The notes: generated from the sequence alone by a model not told the origin. Shown: positions 40,351 through 51,427, numbered from the stretch's first letter. The stretch: DNA of 64,000 nucleotides from an uncultured Chloroflexia bacterium (GCA_963711105.1 CAVQCV010000005.1:1025092-1089091), one strand, 5' to 3'. Translations and numbers: made by a program.

Positions 40351-43344
40351 CTAGCCCGTGCTCTGGAGGCCGGCCGCCACGCCGTTGACCGTCAGCTGGA
40401 CAAGACCCAGAAGCCGGTCTCGATCCGGGTCGCCCGGGGGCGTTGCCCGCAGCCGGGCCAGGAACCGGACCTGCAGATGTGAGAGCGGATCGATATACGG
40501 GCTGCGCAATCGAATGGAGCGCTTGACGTCCGGCTCGCGATCGAGCAGATCGGCGTCCGATGTCACCTTCGCCAGTTCCTCGATGGACAACCGATACTCG
40601 TCGAGAACGCAGCCCCACAACCGTTCGCCCGTCGGCGTGTCGCACAGGGCCGCGTACAGGCAGGCGATCTCAGGCTCGGAGCGGTAGAGGATCAGCGCCG
40701 CGTTGTCCAGGGCGCTCGAGAGCAGCGGCCAATCCCGATACAAGCTGGCGATCTTCTCGACCGCCTTGCCGCCGTGGGCGCGCCGATAGGCCTTGAGCGC
40801 CGAGCCCAAGCCGTACCAGGCCGGCAGACCGATTCGAGCTTGCGACCAGGAGAAGACCCACGGGATGGCCCGCAGCGACTCGATGCCCGGGGCGGGCGGC
40901 GGCGGCTCGACGACCCAGGAAGGCTGGGCCAGCTTGCGCGGCGGCTCCGCGGACCCTCGCCTGGCCGGCCGGGATCCCATCGCCATCGCCGATAGCTCCG
41001 CGATGGGCGTGATCGCGCGGAAGAACTCCGGGAAACCGGGCTCCTCGTAGACGAGCGAGCGATAGGCGTTGCCGGAGGCGTCGGCCATCTCTGCAAGCGC
41101 CGCCCGGCCGCGCCCCTCCACTTCGGCTACGCAGTCGTCGTGGTCGTGGGTCGAGGCGATCACGACTGCCCCGGCCATCAAGCTCAGGTGGCGCTCGGCC
41201 ACGCCGATGTTGGCGTAGTTGGCGGCGATGATCTCGCCCTGTTCGGTCATCTTGAAGCGGCCGTCGATGGAGCCGGGTGCCTGGGCCAGGATGGCGCGGT
41301 TCGTCGGTCCGCCGCCGCGGCCGATCGCGCCGCCACGGCCGTGGAACAACGTCAGCTCGACGCCGAATTGCCGGGCCACCTCCACCAGCCGCTCCTGGGC
41401 CTGGTACAGCATCCAGACTGCGGCCAGGAAGCCGGACTCCTTGTTCGAGTCCGAGTAGCCGAGCATCACTTCCTGGCGGTTGCCGCGCGACTCGAGGTGG
41501 CGCCGGTAATCCGGGTCGGAGAACAACTCGGTCATGATTTCGCCGCAGTGCTGGAGCGCATCCGCAGACTCGAACAGGGGCACGACGTCCAGGTTGGCCG
41601 GGCCACGAACCAGGCCGCTGGTGGCGACCGAAGGTACGATCCCGCCGGCCGCCATCTCGGCCAGCTGCAGGACGGCCATCACGTCCGCGGCGCGGCGAGT
41701 GAAGCTCACGACGTAGCGATGGCAAGCGTCCTCGCCGAACCGCCGCTGGATTGCTGCCACGGCACGGAAGGTTGCCAGGACCTCACCCGGGGAGACTCCC
41801 GGAACCAGCTCCCGGGCCAGATCCGGCGAGTTCATGCCGCGCGAATGCATCAGCGCATCCAGGGCCTCGGCGTGGACCTCAGAGTGCTGCCGGATCTCGA
41901 GCGCGGCCAGGTGAAAGCCGAACGTCTCGACCTGCCAGCGCAGGTCCTGGAGTTCGCCGTACGCGACCCGCGGCAAGCCGTCGTGGACCAGGCAGGTCTG
42001 CATCTCCGCCAGCTCCTCGACGAGCTGCTCGACGGTCTCATACCGGCCGGTGACGGGACCGGCGTCTTCGGTGAGATACCAGCGCGTCCGGCGCAGCCTC
42101 TCGGCGATGGCGCCCAGGCGGCGGCGGTACGGTTCGTCGGGGAAGCGACGGCTCAGGTCGCGCATGGTCTCGTTCAGATCCTCGGCATCGCGGGCGAGCC
42201 GGTTCTCGAGCTCCGGATGCAGCCCCTCGCGCGCAATCCGCACGGACAGCGTGTTGCCGAGCCTGGTGGCAACGGCCTCATATCCTCGCATGACGTGGTC
42301 GGCGTGGATGCGGGGCACCTGCCGGGTCAGCTCCGCGGTCACGAACGGGTTGCCGTCGCGGTCGCCGCCGATCCACGAACCCCACCTCAGGAAGGCCGAG
42401 ATGCGGGGCGGTCTCGTGCCGCTCAGGCCCGTGTCGCCAGTCGTATCGCCTTCGCCGGCGGCGTCGCCGCCGTCCGCACGGGAAGGGCTCAGGGCCGGCG
42501 TCCCGTCCGCCACGGGCCGGGTCGCGATCCTGGCCCTGTCGATGGCCCGGTCGTAGGCGCGGTAGACCCGAGGCACCGCCCGGAACAGGGTTTCGTCGAA
42601 GAACGCCAGGGCCGACCGGACTTCGTCGATCGGCGTGGGCTGGACCTGGCGCAACGGCGACGTCCGCCACAGCAGTGAGATCTCTTCGCGCAGCCTGCGC
42701 TTGATATCGGCTTCGTCGACCGGTCCGAGTCTCGGGTCGTCGAGCTGCTCCAGCAATCGATAGCAGCGCCGCAGGGCCGTCAGCGTCGTCCGGCGGCGGG
42801 CTTCGGTGGGGTGTGCGGTCAGCACCGGGGTGATGCGGAGGCGCCGGAGCAGCAGTTCGATCCGGTCGAGAGACCAATCGCGCTCCAGCAGCCAATCGAT
42901 GGTCGCGTCCGGCGAACCCTGTTCCGGAACCTGGGACTTCTGGACCTGTCTCTGCTGTCGGACATGGTCGTGCTCTTCGCACAGGTTCACCAGCTGGAAG
43001 TAGAGGCTGAACGCTCGCGCCATTTCCTCTGCCTGCTCGAGCGAGAGGCTGTCCAGCTCGTCGGACAGCGCTTGGCCGGCCTTTTTGTCCCCGGTCTCGC
43101 GGAACGAGATCGAGCGAAGCCGGGTGCGCTCCACGAGATCCAGCAGCGACTGCCCGCCCTGCTCGGCGATCACTTGCCCCAGCAGCGAGCCGAGCAGCTT
43201 GACCTCGCGCGCCAGCTGGTCACCGGCGCCCGAGGCTCGGGATGGCCTGGCGGCGGAGCGGCCGGGCGTGGGCACGGAGCCGGCTACGGGGGCGGGCTTC
43301 GAGCGGGACCGGGTGGGGGGCGACTGCTTGACGGCCATGTCCAT
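40351..43344 (-). CDS. ppc: Phosphoenolpyruvate carboxylase
   Basis: 997 aa. PEPC motifs VMLGYSDSNKESG and FHGRGGAIGRGGGP, C-terminal ...NGVAAGLQSTG. Confidence 0.95.
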   Translation of the reverse strand: MDMAVKQSPPTRSRSKPAPVAGSVPTPGRSAARPSRASGAGDQLAREVKLLGSLLGQVIAEQGGQSLLDLVERTRLRSISFRETGDKKAGQALSDELDSLSLEQAEEMARAFSLYFQLVNLCEEHDHVRQQRQVQKSQVPEQGSPDATIDWLLERDWSLDRIELLLRRLRITPVLTAHPTEARRRTTLTALRRCYRLLEQLDDPRLGPVDEADIKRRLREEISLLWRTSPLRQVQPTPIDEVRSALAFFDETLFRAVPRVYRAYDRAIDRARIATRPVADGTPALSPSRADGGDAAGEGDTTGDTGLSGTRPPRISAFLRWGSWIGGDRDGNPFVTAELTRQVPRIHADHVMRGYEAVATRLGNTLSVRIAREGLHPELENRLARDAEDLNETMRDLSRRFPDEPYRRRLGAIAERLRRTRWYLTEDAGPVTGRYETVEQLVEELAEMQTCLVHDGLPRVAYGELQDLRWQVETFGFHLAALEIRQHSEVHAEALDALMHSRGMNSPDLARELVPGVSPGEVLATFRAVAAIQRRFGEDACHRYVVSFTRRAADVMAVLQLAEMAAGGIVPSVATSGLVRGPANLDVVPLFESADALQHCGEIMTELFSDPDYRRHLESRGNRQEVMLGYSDSNKESGFLAAVWMLYQAQERLVEVARQFGVELTLFHGRGGAIGRGGGPTNRAILAQAPGSIDGRFKMTEQGEIIAANYANIGVAERHLSLMAGAVVIASTHDHDDCVAEVEGRGRAALAEMADASGNAYRSLVYEEPGFPEFFRAITPIAELSAMAMGSRPARRGSAEPPRKLAQPSWVVEPPPPAPGIESLRAIPWVFSWSQARIGLPAWYGLGSALKAYRRAHGGKAVEKIASLYRDWPLLSSALDNAALILYRSEPEIACLYAALCDTPTGERLWGCVLDEYRLSIEELAKVTSDADLLDREPDVKRSIRLRSPYIDPLSHLQVRFLARLRATPPGDPDRDRLLGLVQLTVNGVAAGLQSTG

Positions 43345-44104
43345 GGAGCATAACCGACCGGGGCCGCCGCCACCGTCGGGGTCATTTCTGCGCCCCGCAT
43401 ACCGGTTTCGAGCGGCCCGAAGCGTCGTCGAGGACCAGCTCGATCCGCCGAAGCCCTCGGCTGGCTGCTGGCTCGAACCCAGGAGGCCGATCGTCTATCC
43501 CTGATGGTACGAAGGAGGCAACAAGGTTCCGGGCCGGACGTCGACACCTCCACAAGTGGCCTGCTTCTCGCAGGCGCCATTTCGGAGGCACGATGCTCCG
43601 GAGCCGAGAAGTTCCGATGGCGGTTGTTTCAACCGCCGCCTCGAACGCCGCGCCGGATCCCCGCGCTTGAGCGTCCGCCGGGCCTCCTTCTCGTTCGTCC
43701 CCTCAGTCGAGCGCGCCATCGCGGTCTCGACTGCCCCTTCGCACCTCCAATTCGGCCGGAACACCGGCTGATCGCGCATGGACCGCCCCGCCGACGCCAC
43801 AAGCCGCCGACGGGGCGGCCCGCCAACGCGCCACCCCGACCGGCCGGGCGAAATCGCCCTCTGCTCGTACGCAAGGGCCGCCGACAACTAGGTCGAGGCA
43901 TTCGATAGGCGGCGCGCCCTGAAAGAACGCGCGCGGCGACGTCGATGGTGAATCCTCAAGGCCGGAGCGGCGGCTGGCTCGCCCTCCGGCCCACTCGCTT
44001 TCGGGTGGGGTTCCTGGCCTACCCGGACGGGTGGACGGGGCAGGCCCGTTGGCACCCACGTCCATGACCACTAACCGGTCCCGTTCTCGAGCCCCGCGAC
44101 TACG

Positions 44105-44659
44105 ATGGCCGGCATGACCCTCCCGGCCCATGTCACCCCACTCCGTTTAAGCCAGCGGCTCTCGAAAGCTCCGGCGGACGGCTGCCCCCCGGACACGGCC
44201 GGCAACCTGGAGTGGTTGGGTTCGGAGATAGAAGCCGTACGACCCGGGACACGTCGCTTCCTCACCGACCTGACACTGCCCGTCAGAGGCGGCAGCCACG
44301 AGGTCCAGTTCAGGAAGGCCGCGTTCGTGGACGTCGGGCCGTTCAAGCCCACGCCGGACGGCTGCGAGGCGGAGGTTGGCTGGCGGTCGTCGTCGTTGGC
44401 GCCGCTGTTTCCCGTCTTCGCAGGACGTCTCAAGATCGGCCGCGGCGAAGTGGTCCTCGACGGCTACTACGCTCCCCCCGGTGGCCAGTTCGGAGCGGTC
44501 CTGGATCACGCCTTCCTGAACATCGCCGCTCGCGGCACGGCTCGCTGGTTCCTCCAGCGTGTCGTCGCGGCACTGGTCGGGGAACTCGAGTTGGGCCCCG
44601 AGCCTCGCATCGCCGCGCGATCAGGCATGCCGCCGGCCAGGAGCGACGCGCAGCCGTAG
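44105..44659 (+). CDS. Hypothetical protein
   Basis: 184-aa ORF with reasonable codon periodicity. No motif recognised. Confidence 0.4.
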   Translation: MAGMTLPAHVTPLRLSQRLSKAPADGCPPDTAGNLEWLGSEIEAVRPGTRRFLTDLTLPVRGGSHEVQFRKAAFVDVGPFKPTPDGCEAEVGWRSSSLAPLFPVFAGRLKIGRGEVVLDGYYAPPGGQFGAVLDHAFLNIAARGTARWFLQRVVAALVGELELGPEPRIAARSGMPPARSDAQP

Positions 44660-44868
44660 GCACACGCTCGAAGCGCCCGCCGGGCCGTCCGCTGCCCGCC
44701 GCGCCGCCCGATGTCTGCGCCTCACGCAACCAATCGGCGCATCAAGCACCTATCTTCCGCGAATCTTGCGGGAAACCCACCCGGCCTATATGGATTCGCA
44801 ACAGGCGGAGGAGTAACGTGAGGGGTGAGCGCAGAAACGCCGCGCACCCCCGAAGGAAGGAGGCACTC

Positions 44869-45102
44869 GTGCCGGAGCCGTCCGCCATCGAGGGGGTCTT
44901 ACGCACTCTAGTCGAGGCCCTGGAGGCCAGAGAGTCAGCTGAGCCCGATCTTCCCGCCTGGGAAGCCAACGCCAGACTGCGAGCTGCGGAAGCCAACCTT
45001 CTCCGCCTGTACCGGGAATCCGGTCACTCCGAGGCACACCGGGTCGCGATAGACATCGAGGTGGGCTACGTTTCGGTGGGAGCCTCCTCCGAAGTAGCCT
45101 GA
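44869..45102 (+). CDS. Hypothetical small protein (77 aa)
   Basis: GTG start 6 nt after a strong SD (GAAGGAAGGAGG). Helical, charged sequence. Confidence 0.4.
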   Translation: MPEPSAIEGVLRTLVEALEARESAEPDLPAWEANARLRAAEANLLRLYRESGHSEAHRVAIDIEVGYVSVGASSEVA

Positions 45103-45214
45103 CCGCCGATCTACCCTGCGGCCAAACAAGCTCCGCTGACGGCCCGCGGCGATGCCCGCGGGCCGCTGCAGTTAATCGGCGGCGCCACCGATAACTCGAC
45201 TGGTTGGGTTAGCC

Positions 45215-46513
45215 GTGCCGACGGAGCCTATCGTGCTTACAAGGGCATCGCGGAGGCCCGACGCGAACACCGCTCGAACGGATCTTCGCCTTCGAGCCGT
45301 CTACCGCCGGGAACTCCAGGACAGCGTGGCGTTCACGGCCTTGGCGGTCGCGTTCGCGATCGCGGCAACGTCCGCGGTCGTGTTCGTCGTAGCGCCTTCG
45401 GCCGCGCTCGCCAATGTTGCCGCGACCACGCCTTTTGTCGTGGCCGCTCTTGTCGTCGCACGCACCGTGACCCGCCGGTACCGGCACTACGTCATCGCCC
45501 TGGGGATGTTCGCCGGCTTGCTGCCGGTCGCGACGACCGTCATCACCTCGATCTTGATGCCGCAGTCCGAGGCCTACGCGCACGGCGCCATCGGTCTGAT
45601 CCCCCTGGCGTTCGCGGTCGTGGTGCCGCTCGAACGCCGGCCCCATCTCATCTGGCTGGCCCTCGCCAACGTCATCATCTTCGCCCCCGGTGTCCTGTTC
45701 GGGTCGAGCGTGTCGTTCTCGACACATCCGATCGCCCTGGTCGCAACCGCAGCCCTCGCCTCGACCTTGAGCGTCCTGGCCAACCGCATCCAGCTCCGTC
45801 GCCGGAGCGAGATGAACGACCAGCTCCGGGCGATGCGCGATCTCTACGGACGCATGAAGGACCACGAGCAGGACCTCCGGCGCCAGGACGAGTTCCTGTT
45901 CATGCAGCAGGAGACCCTGGTTGTCCAGCAGGCGGAGCTGCTGCGGCTCAACGAGGAGCTCGAGAACATAGCCCGCCTCGACGCCTTGACCGGCCTCGGC
46001 AACCGGCTCCGGCTCAACGAGGATCTGGCCCAGGTCGCGGCTCGCATCGAGCGTCACGGCGGCTCAGTCGGGTTGCTCCTGATGGACCTGGACAGGTTCA
46101 AGCGGCTCAACGACGTTTCCGGCCACCTGGCCGGAGACGCGGCGCTGAGGGGCGTCGCCGACGTCCTGCGCAAGACCAGCCGGGTGGGCGACGGACTCTA
46201 TCGATACGGCGGCGAGGAGTTCCTGGTCATCCTCCATGACTGCGACGACACGGTGCTGGAATCGGCCGGTCAGCGCTATATCTCAGCCATCGAGGCAGCG
46301 GGGATGACGCACCCGGACAACCCGCCCTGGGGCCTGGTCACGGCGAGCGCCGGTGCGCGCGAGATGTCGCAGCGGAACTGCGCCAACATCGATGGCGCGC
46401 TGCACGACGCCGACGAGGCCTTGTACGTCGCCAAGGCCAAGGGCCGGAACCGGCTCGTGATCCACCGGCCGACGGACGTGGTTCCGCTCGACCGGCAGCG
46501 AGCAGCTAGCTAG
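45215..46513 (+). CDS. Membrane-bound diguanylate cyclase (GGDEF domain)
   Basis: N-terminal multi-TM region, coiled linker, GGDEF domain with RYGGEEF active site and an RxxD-like I-site region. Confidence 0.85.
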   Translation: MPTEPIVLTRASRRPDANTARTDLRLRAVYRRELQDSVAFTALAVAFAIAATSAVVFVVAPSAALANVAATTPFVVAALVVARTVTRRYRHYVIALGMFAGLLPVATTVITSILMPQSEAYAHGAIGLIPLAFAVVVPLERRPHLIWLALANVIIFAPGVLFGSSVSFSTHPIALVATAALASTLSVLANRIQLRRRSEMNDQLRAMRDLYGRMKDHEQDLRRQDEFLFMQQETLVVQQAELLRLNEELENIARLDALTGLGNRLRLNEDLAQVAARIERHGGSVGLLLMDLDRFKRLNDVSGHLAGDAALRGVADVLRKTSRVGDGLYRYGGEEFLVILHDCDDTVLESAGQRYISAIEAAGMTHPDNPPWGLVTASAGAREMSQRNCANIDGALHDADEALYVAKAKGRNRLVIHRPTDVVPLDRQRAAS

Positions 46514-46526
46514 ATCTACGGTCGCC

Positions 46527-46940
46527 CTAGAACGGGAGCAGGATGGCGACCACCGCGACCGCCACGCCGACGGCGGCCGAAGCCAGGCCGATCTGCGTCG
46601 ACCGACGCCGGTCGCGCGCTCGATCGTCGGCGTCCTGGACCTCTCGCCCGTCACCCAATTCCCCGAAGTTGTACATCCCTCGGGAGCCAAAGCCTGCGCA
46701 GAAGTGGAAATGGGCCTGGAGGTAGCCGGACGCCGCTGCCCCTGCCGTGGCGAAGAGGATCAGCCTGGACAGGTGCGGCGCGCCGGCAAGCACGAGCGCG
46801 GGGAAGACGAGCACCGTCGCGATCAAGCCGGCGTGGCCGACCGTCCGCCGACGGCGTATCTCCGCCGGCCCGATGTTGCATACGCCGGGCTGGTACAGGT
46901 CCAGAGTGGGATCAGCCTGGGAAATCATGGTGGCGCTCAT
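46527..46940 (-). CDS. Small membrane protein (DUF4395-like)
   Basis: 137 aa from an internal Met. Two TM helices plus conserved Cys and His residues (GVCNIGP...HFHFCAGFG). Confidence 0.45.
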   Translation of the reverse strand: MSATMISQADPTLDLYQPGVCNIGPAEIRRRRTVGHAGLIATVLVFPALVLAGAPHLSRLILFATAGAAASGYLQAHFHFCAGFGSRGMYNFGELGDGREVQDADDRARDRRRSTQIGLASAAVGVAVAVVAILLPF

Positions 46941-47231
46941 ATCTGCCTCGGTGACTGTGCTCCCCATGCTAGGCGAATCCGGCCCGGGGGGCGGCCCGGG
47001 CCGCGCGTTGGTCCAATTCCCGAAACCCCCGGTGCGTCGGAGACCGGCGCGCGGGGTGGACACACTCAGGCGCGCCGACCGCCGGGGGTGTTTTCGGTCG
47101 CGGCTCTGCGACGGGGGAGTCCTTTCGACTGGCCCCGACCCGTACAATCGTCGGGCAACCATCCGGTCGGATCGGGCCGACCATTTGTTGGGCAGATCGC
47201 CGTCGGACGCGGCGATGCCAGGAGGAGTCTC

Positions 47232-47459
47232 GTGCTCTTTCGCCGCAAGAAGCAGCACACCGACCAGGACCGCCAGACCGAGCAGGCTGGCCTTGTCGAG
47301 TTGCTGCTGGGTGCCGACGAAATCGAGCGCAAGCGGATCCTCCTCCTGGCCCTCCAGACCGGCGAGCTCCGGAAGTCCGAGGCGGCGGATCTCCTGCGCT
47401 TGGTCGACCGGCTGGAAGCGATGAGCGGCGAGTCCAGCAGGACAACCCAGGGCGACTGA
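47232..47459 (+). CDS. Hypothetical small protein (75 aa)
   Basis: GTG start with AGGAGG 6 nt upstream. Charged, helical sequence. Confidence 0.35.
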   Translation: MLFRRKKQHTDQDRQTEQAGLVELLLGADEIERKRILLLALQTGELRKSEAADLLRLVDRLEAMSGESSRTTQGD

Positions 47460-47770
47460 CCCTAATCCAGCCTGGCCCCGTCGGCGCTTTGTCGAGGGAT
47501 CGCCGAACGCCCGCGGACCCCGAATGGCCTCTCCTGCTCACTGGCACCAGATCCGCCCGGCAGGTCTCCCGACGCTTCCCCTCGCGCCCCGTCCTGCCGG
47601 GCTGAACCCGGCGGTTCCGCCCCGGAGTGCCACCACGCAACACCAATAGGGCACAGCGAGGGATGGTACGGATGGCATCTGCGGCTGGCCGTACCCCGCC
47701 CGAGTCCTCTCGTAAGCGGCCCCCGGCGTCCGGCCCGACCGGTGGGCGATTTCGTTAGGGCCGGGGAGGT

Positions 47771-48814
47771 ATGCCCGTGGGTAGTGGGCAACCCGCCACG
47801 ATGGCGGCCGTCGCCGCCATAGCTTCGGCCAGCACGCGTGATGTGGCGTTGGTCGTGGCCGCGGATCAGAGTGTTCCGGCAGATGTCCGGCAGGGCATCG
47901 TCGAGGCCATCAATGCCACGGCGTTTCGACCGCTGGCGGCCCTCCAGGCGAAGCTCGGGAGGCCGGCGCGGTTCGCCATCGCGATGAAGGTCTATCGCGG
48001 CGACGATCCCGAGGAGAATCGCTTCTACGTCCCGATCGCCTCGGCCATCGCCCACATATGCGCCGCTCACGGCGCAGCGGTGGTGCCAGCGACAATGCGG
48101 GTCGACATGCGCCGGAGACTGACGGAACTCCCGACGGCGTTGTGCGACGGCAGCTGCGACGGCGCCTTCCTGGTTGGTGCGCAGTTGGACGCGGACGCGG
48201 TCGACCGGATCCACTCCCTGGGAGTCCCGACAGTACTCGTCGACGGCTACTCGCAGGGCGACAGTCTGGATTCGGTCGTTGTGGACAACGAAGCCGGTGC
48301 GAGGCTTGCGGTAGAACACCTCGTCTCCCTCGGCCACACGGAAATCGGGCTGTTGGGCACGGAGCCGGGCAGCTACCCAAGCAAGCTGGGGCGGCGAGCC
48401 GGCTACCGCGACACGCTCGTCGCGCACGGGCTGCCGCCGCACTACATCGATACGCCCTATCTACTGAGCGACGCCGCCTCAATCGTCGGGCTGCGTTACG
48501 TAGAAGATCACCCCGAAGTCACCGCCGTCTTCGGCGCCACAGACGTCATGACCGTCGGTCTGTTGCAGGCGGCTCGGGACGCCGGCTACATCCTGCCTCA
48601 TGACCTGTCGCTCATCGGATTCGACGACATCGACCTGGCCAGCCTGGTGATGCCCGCCCTGACGACCATCTCGATCGACAAGCCGCTGATGGGCCGAGCG
48701 GCGTTTGCGCTGCTGGCCCACCGGCTCGAGTTCCCCGATTCGGATCCCATCACATCGGTCGTGCTGCCGCATCTCGTGGAACGGGAGAGCGTCGCGCCAC
48801 GACGAGACCGCTAG
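47771..48814 (+). CDS. LacI-family transcriptional regulator
   Basis: Periplasmic-binding-fold effector domain (VPTVLVDGY...IGFDDIDLA). The N-terminal HTH is divergent. Confidence 0.7.
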   Translation: MPVGSGQPATMAAVAAIASASTRDVALVVAADQSVPADVRQGIVEAINATAFRPLAALQAKLGRPARFAIAMKVYRGDDPEENRFYVPIASAIAHICAAHGAAVVPATMRVDMRRRLTELPTALCDGSCDGAFLVGAQLDADAVDRIHSLGVPTVLVDGYSQGDSLDSVVVDNEAGARLAVEHLVSLGHTEIGLLGTEPGSYPSKLGRRAGYRDTLVAHGLPPHYIDTPYLLSDAASIVGLRYVEDHPEVTAVFGATDVMTVGLLQAARDAGYILPHDLSLIGFDDIDLASLVMPALTTISIDKPLMGRAAFALLAHRLEFPDSDPITSVVLPHLVERESVAPRRDR

Positions 48815-48880
48815 CGGTGATGTCGGGCGCGTCGGCCGAGTTAGACCGACTGCGCTCCACTTCCGGTCGGCCGCCCCGGT

Positions 48881-49159
48881 TCAGCCTGCGGAGGCGCGGT
48901 CGCGGCGTTCCCATCGAGCCCGGGCCTTGAGCCGTTCGACCTCGCGGTCGCGAGGCACGCCCGAGGGGGCGAGCGAACCCAGCAGTTCTCGCGTGCAGGT
49001 CTCGACCTGTGCGACCGCCCGATCGAAGGCCTGTTGGTTGGCTCGCGAGGGCGCGGTCATGCCGCTGACCTTGCGCACGAACTGGAGGGCTGCGGAGCGA
49101 ACTTCGTCGTCGGTCGCCGGCGGCTCGAAATTGTGAAGCTGACGGATGGATCGGCACAT
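48881..49159 (-). CDS. DUF2277-like conserved hypothetical protein
   Basis: Starts MCRSIRQLHNFEPPATDDEV, characteristic of this small actinobacterial family. Confidence 0.55.
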   Translation of the reverse strand: MCRSIRQLHNFEPPATDDEVRSAALQFVRKVSGMTAPSRANQQAFDRAVAQVETCTRELLGSLAPSGVPRDREVERLKARARWERRDRASAG

Positions 49160-49277
49160 GTCCGTACCTTCCCACCGCCCGCCCAAAGCGCGTCGGCGAC
49201 GAGCCGTCCGGGCCGCCTGCCGGTCCGGTCCGTGCCTGGGCAGCGACCCCGCCCTTACGAGTCGGCTGCCGAGTCGA

Positions 49278-50342
49278 TCAGGGCTTCCACTTGGTGTAGA
49301 GGAGGGGGTTCTTGGCGTCGGCCATGGTCCCGCCCGTCCATGGGTAGTCCGTCCAGACTTCGAAGTGGAGGTGTGCGCCGGACGAAGCCCCGGTGCTGCC
49401 GATCTTGCCGATCTGGTCGCCCGCCTGGACCTTCTGTCCGGCCTTGACCGTGACTGCGGAGAGGTGGTTGTAGGTGGTGTAGAGCGTCCCGCCGTGCGAT
49501 ATCCAGACCACGATGCCGCCCGCCGCGCCGTCCGTGCCGGCTTTCCGGCGGCCCGCGTAGATCACCGTGCCCGCGGCGGCAGCCACGACCGGCGAGCCCC
49601 ACCGAGCGCCGATATCAATCGCGTCGTGCCAGTGGCGGCATGTGCCGAAACGCGGCTCGCCGGTGTACGTGACGCAGCCGTACGTCAGGGTCAGGTTGTG
49701 GCTGCTCGGCACCGGCCAGGCGAGCTTGTTGAGCCAGTCAACCGGCCTCATGGACTTGAGAGCCACCGGCAGCGGCTTGTTCGGAACGCCCGGGAGGAGC
49801 AGCATCGCGCCCTCGGTCACATCCGCCGTGGCCAGGCTGTTCGCGTCCATGATCACCTGCGAGTCGATGCCGTACTTGTCCGCGATGGCCGTGAGCGTGT
49901 CACCCTTGACGGTCTTCATCACCACGCCGTCCACGGGCGGGATCACCAGTGTCCAGCCGATCCTGATCAGGTTGGGGTCCGTGATGATCGTGCTGTTCGA
50001 CCAGAAGACCGTCGCGGTGGACAGCCCGAAATCCTGCGCGATCCGGGTCAAAGTGTCGCCCGGCCGAACCTGGTAGGACGAAAAGACCGAGTTCCCGATC
50101 GGCACAAGCGAGCGCGGCGGGGTGGGCGTGGGTGTCGGATCCGGAGTCGGCGAAGGCGACGGTGTCGCCGTAGGGGCGGGCGTTGGGCTGAACACTGCCG
50201 CCAGGGCGGGATGGACGCCCGCCTGGGCGGAAGCGGTTCGTCCGGCCAGAAGGGCTATCGTCGATACCGAGACCGCGACTATCAGGGCGGCCGCTATCAG
50301 AACGCCGCCTTTGCGCCCGATGGAGCGCGGCCCAACGTGCAT
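49278..50342 (-). CDS. LysM-domain M23 metallopeptidase
   Basis: Signal/TM, PT linker, two LysM repeats (YQVRPGDTLTRIAQ; KTVKGDTLTAIADKYG), M23 motifs HxxxD (HDAIDIG) and HLHFEV. Confidence 0.85.
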   Translation of the reverse strand: MHVGPRSIGRKGGVLIAAALIVAVSVSTIALLAGRTASAQAGVHPALAAVFSPTPAPTATPSPSPTPDPTPTPTPPRSLVPIGNSVFSSYQVRPGDTLTRIAQDFGLSTATVFWSNSTIITDPNLIRIGWTLVIPPVDGVVMKTVKGDTLTAIADKYGIDSQVIMDANSLATADVTEGAMLLLPGVPNKPLPVALKSMRPVDWLNKLAWPVPSSHNLTLTYGCVTYTGEPRFGTCRHWHDAIDIGARWGSPVVAAAAGTVIYAGRRKAGTDGAAGGIVVWISHGGTLYTTYNHLSAVTVKAGQKVQAGDQIGKIGSTGASSGAHLHFEVWTDYPWTGGTMADAKNPLLYTKWKP

Positions 50343-50839
50343 CGAGATGCCGGGCAGCGGCAGACGAGGCAATCGCCGCGCGCGCGGCGAGGACGTGATT
50401 GTGGCCGAGACGTCCTTGGGCAGCGCGGCCGTGGCCCTGGCGACCGACCGCCTGCCGCGGATGTCGCGCCGGGATGCTTCCACCCTGATGGACGTTGTGG
50501 AAGTGTCGATCTCGTCGGCCAGGTGCTCGGCCAGCCAGTCCTCCACGTTGCGTGGGCGCAGCGTGCCGGGTTTGGCCTTGCGGGCCTGCTGAAGGTTGGC
50601 CGTCCGCTTCTCGGACGTTGACCGGTGACTCCACGGGAGGTGGAGTCCCGCTGCGGCCCCCTTCTTCAGGATTGCCAAGTCTTCTACTCCGTGTGGAACG
50701 CCACGGTCCGTGACAATCGACCGCCTCCCCTGGGAGCGGCACCACATCGGCGGCCGACGGGGCGGCCGTAGAGTGAACCGCCTCGTCCCTACCCTACCAG
50801 CACCCGCAAATCACTGCTGACAGGTGGGGCCTGCCGGAG

Positions 50840-51355
50840 CTAGAGCTCGAGCCCGGCGCCCTGGAGGCGCCGCAAGAAGAAGGTGACGTAGCCCCTCAGA
50901 TAGCCCGTCGCAAAGCGCTCCGCAGCGGCCAGGTAGTCGGTCTCGCTTTCGAACTCGTCTGCTCGGAACGGAACCGACCGGATACTGGGAACAGCCGGGC
51001 GTTCGCCGGTTTGCCAGCGCTCCAGCCAGTCAGGAACGAGGTCCGGGTCGGCGTCCATCGTCTTCTGTGCCGTGGCCGCGCCGTCGCTCACGCCGCGCCG
51101 GTAGAAGGGGTCCAGCCTGCGCTCGCGGGCGGCCTTGCGGCCCCGGGTCTTCCGCGGCCACAGCTTGTCCGGCGGATCGAACTGGTAGACCAGCTCGACG
51201 GCGGCCTCAATCTCCTCGATGCCCCCTAAAGCCGCATCCATGCCCCATCTCCCGTCCCGGCTTCCCATCCTCGTCATCGATCGCGCCCGATCTAAGAATG
51301 CCAGCTCGCAAACCACCGCGCCCAATGCAAGCGCGTCTTCCGGGCAGGCAGGCAC
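50840..51355 (-). CDS. Hypothetical protein
   Basis: 171-aa ORF immediately outside the left boundary of the integrative element. Confidence 0.4.
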   Translation of the reverse strand: MPACPEDALALGAVVCELAFLDRARSMTRMGSRDGRWGMDAALGGIEEIEAAVELVYQFDPPDKLWPRKTRGRKAARERRLDPFYRRGVSDGAATAQKTMDADPDLVPDWLERWQTGERPAVPSIRSVPFRADEFESETDYLAAAERFATGYLRGYVTFFLRRLQGAGLEL

Positions 51356-51379
51356 AACGGCGGATCGGCTTGGGGAAGC

Positions 51380-51427
51380 TGGCTGGCGCGCTAGGATTCG
51401 AACCTAGAATCCCCTGATCCAGAGTCA
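51380..51427 (-). repeat. Distal att repeat (partial tRNA-Gln 3' half, 48 bp)
   Basis: Identical to 58563-58610. The sequence upstream of it cannot form an acceptor stem, so it is not a tRNA gene. Confidence 0.8.

Noticed and set aside
40670-42678. Several 230-510-aa ORFs on both strands
   Set aside because: All lie within or antisense to ppc, which is unambiguous. They are high-GC frame artefacts.
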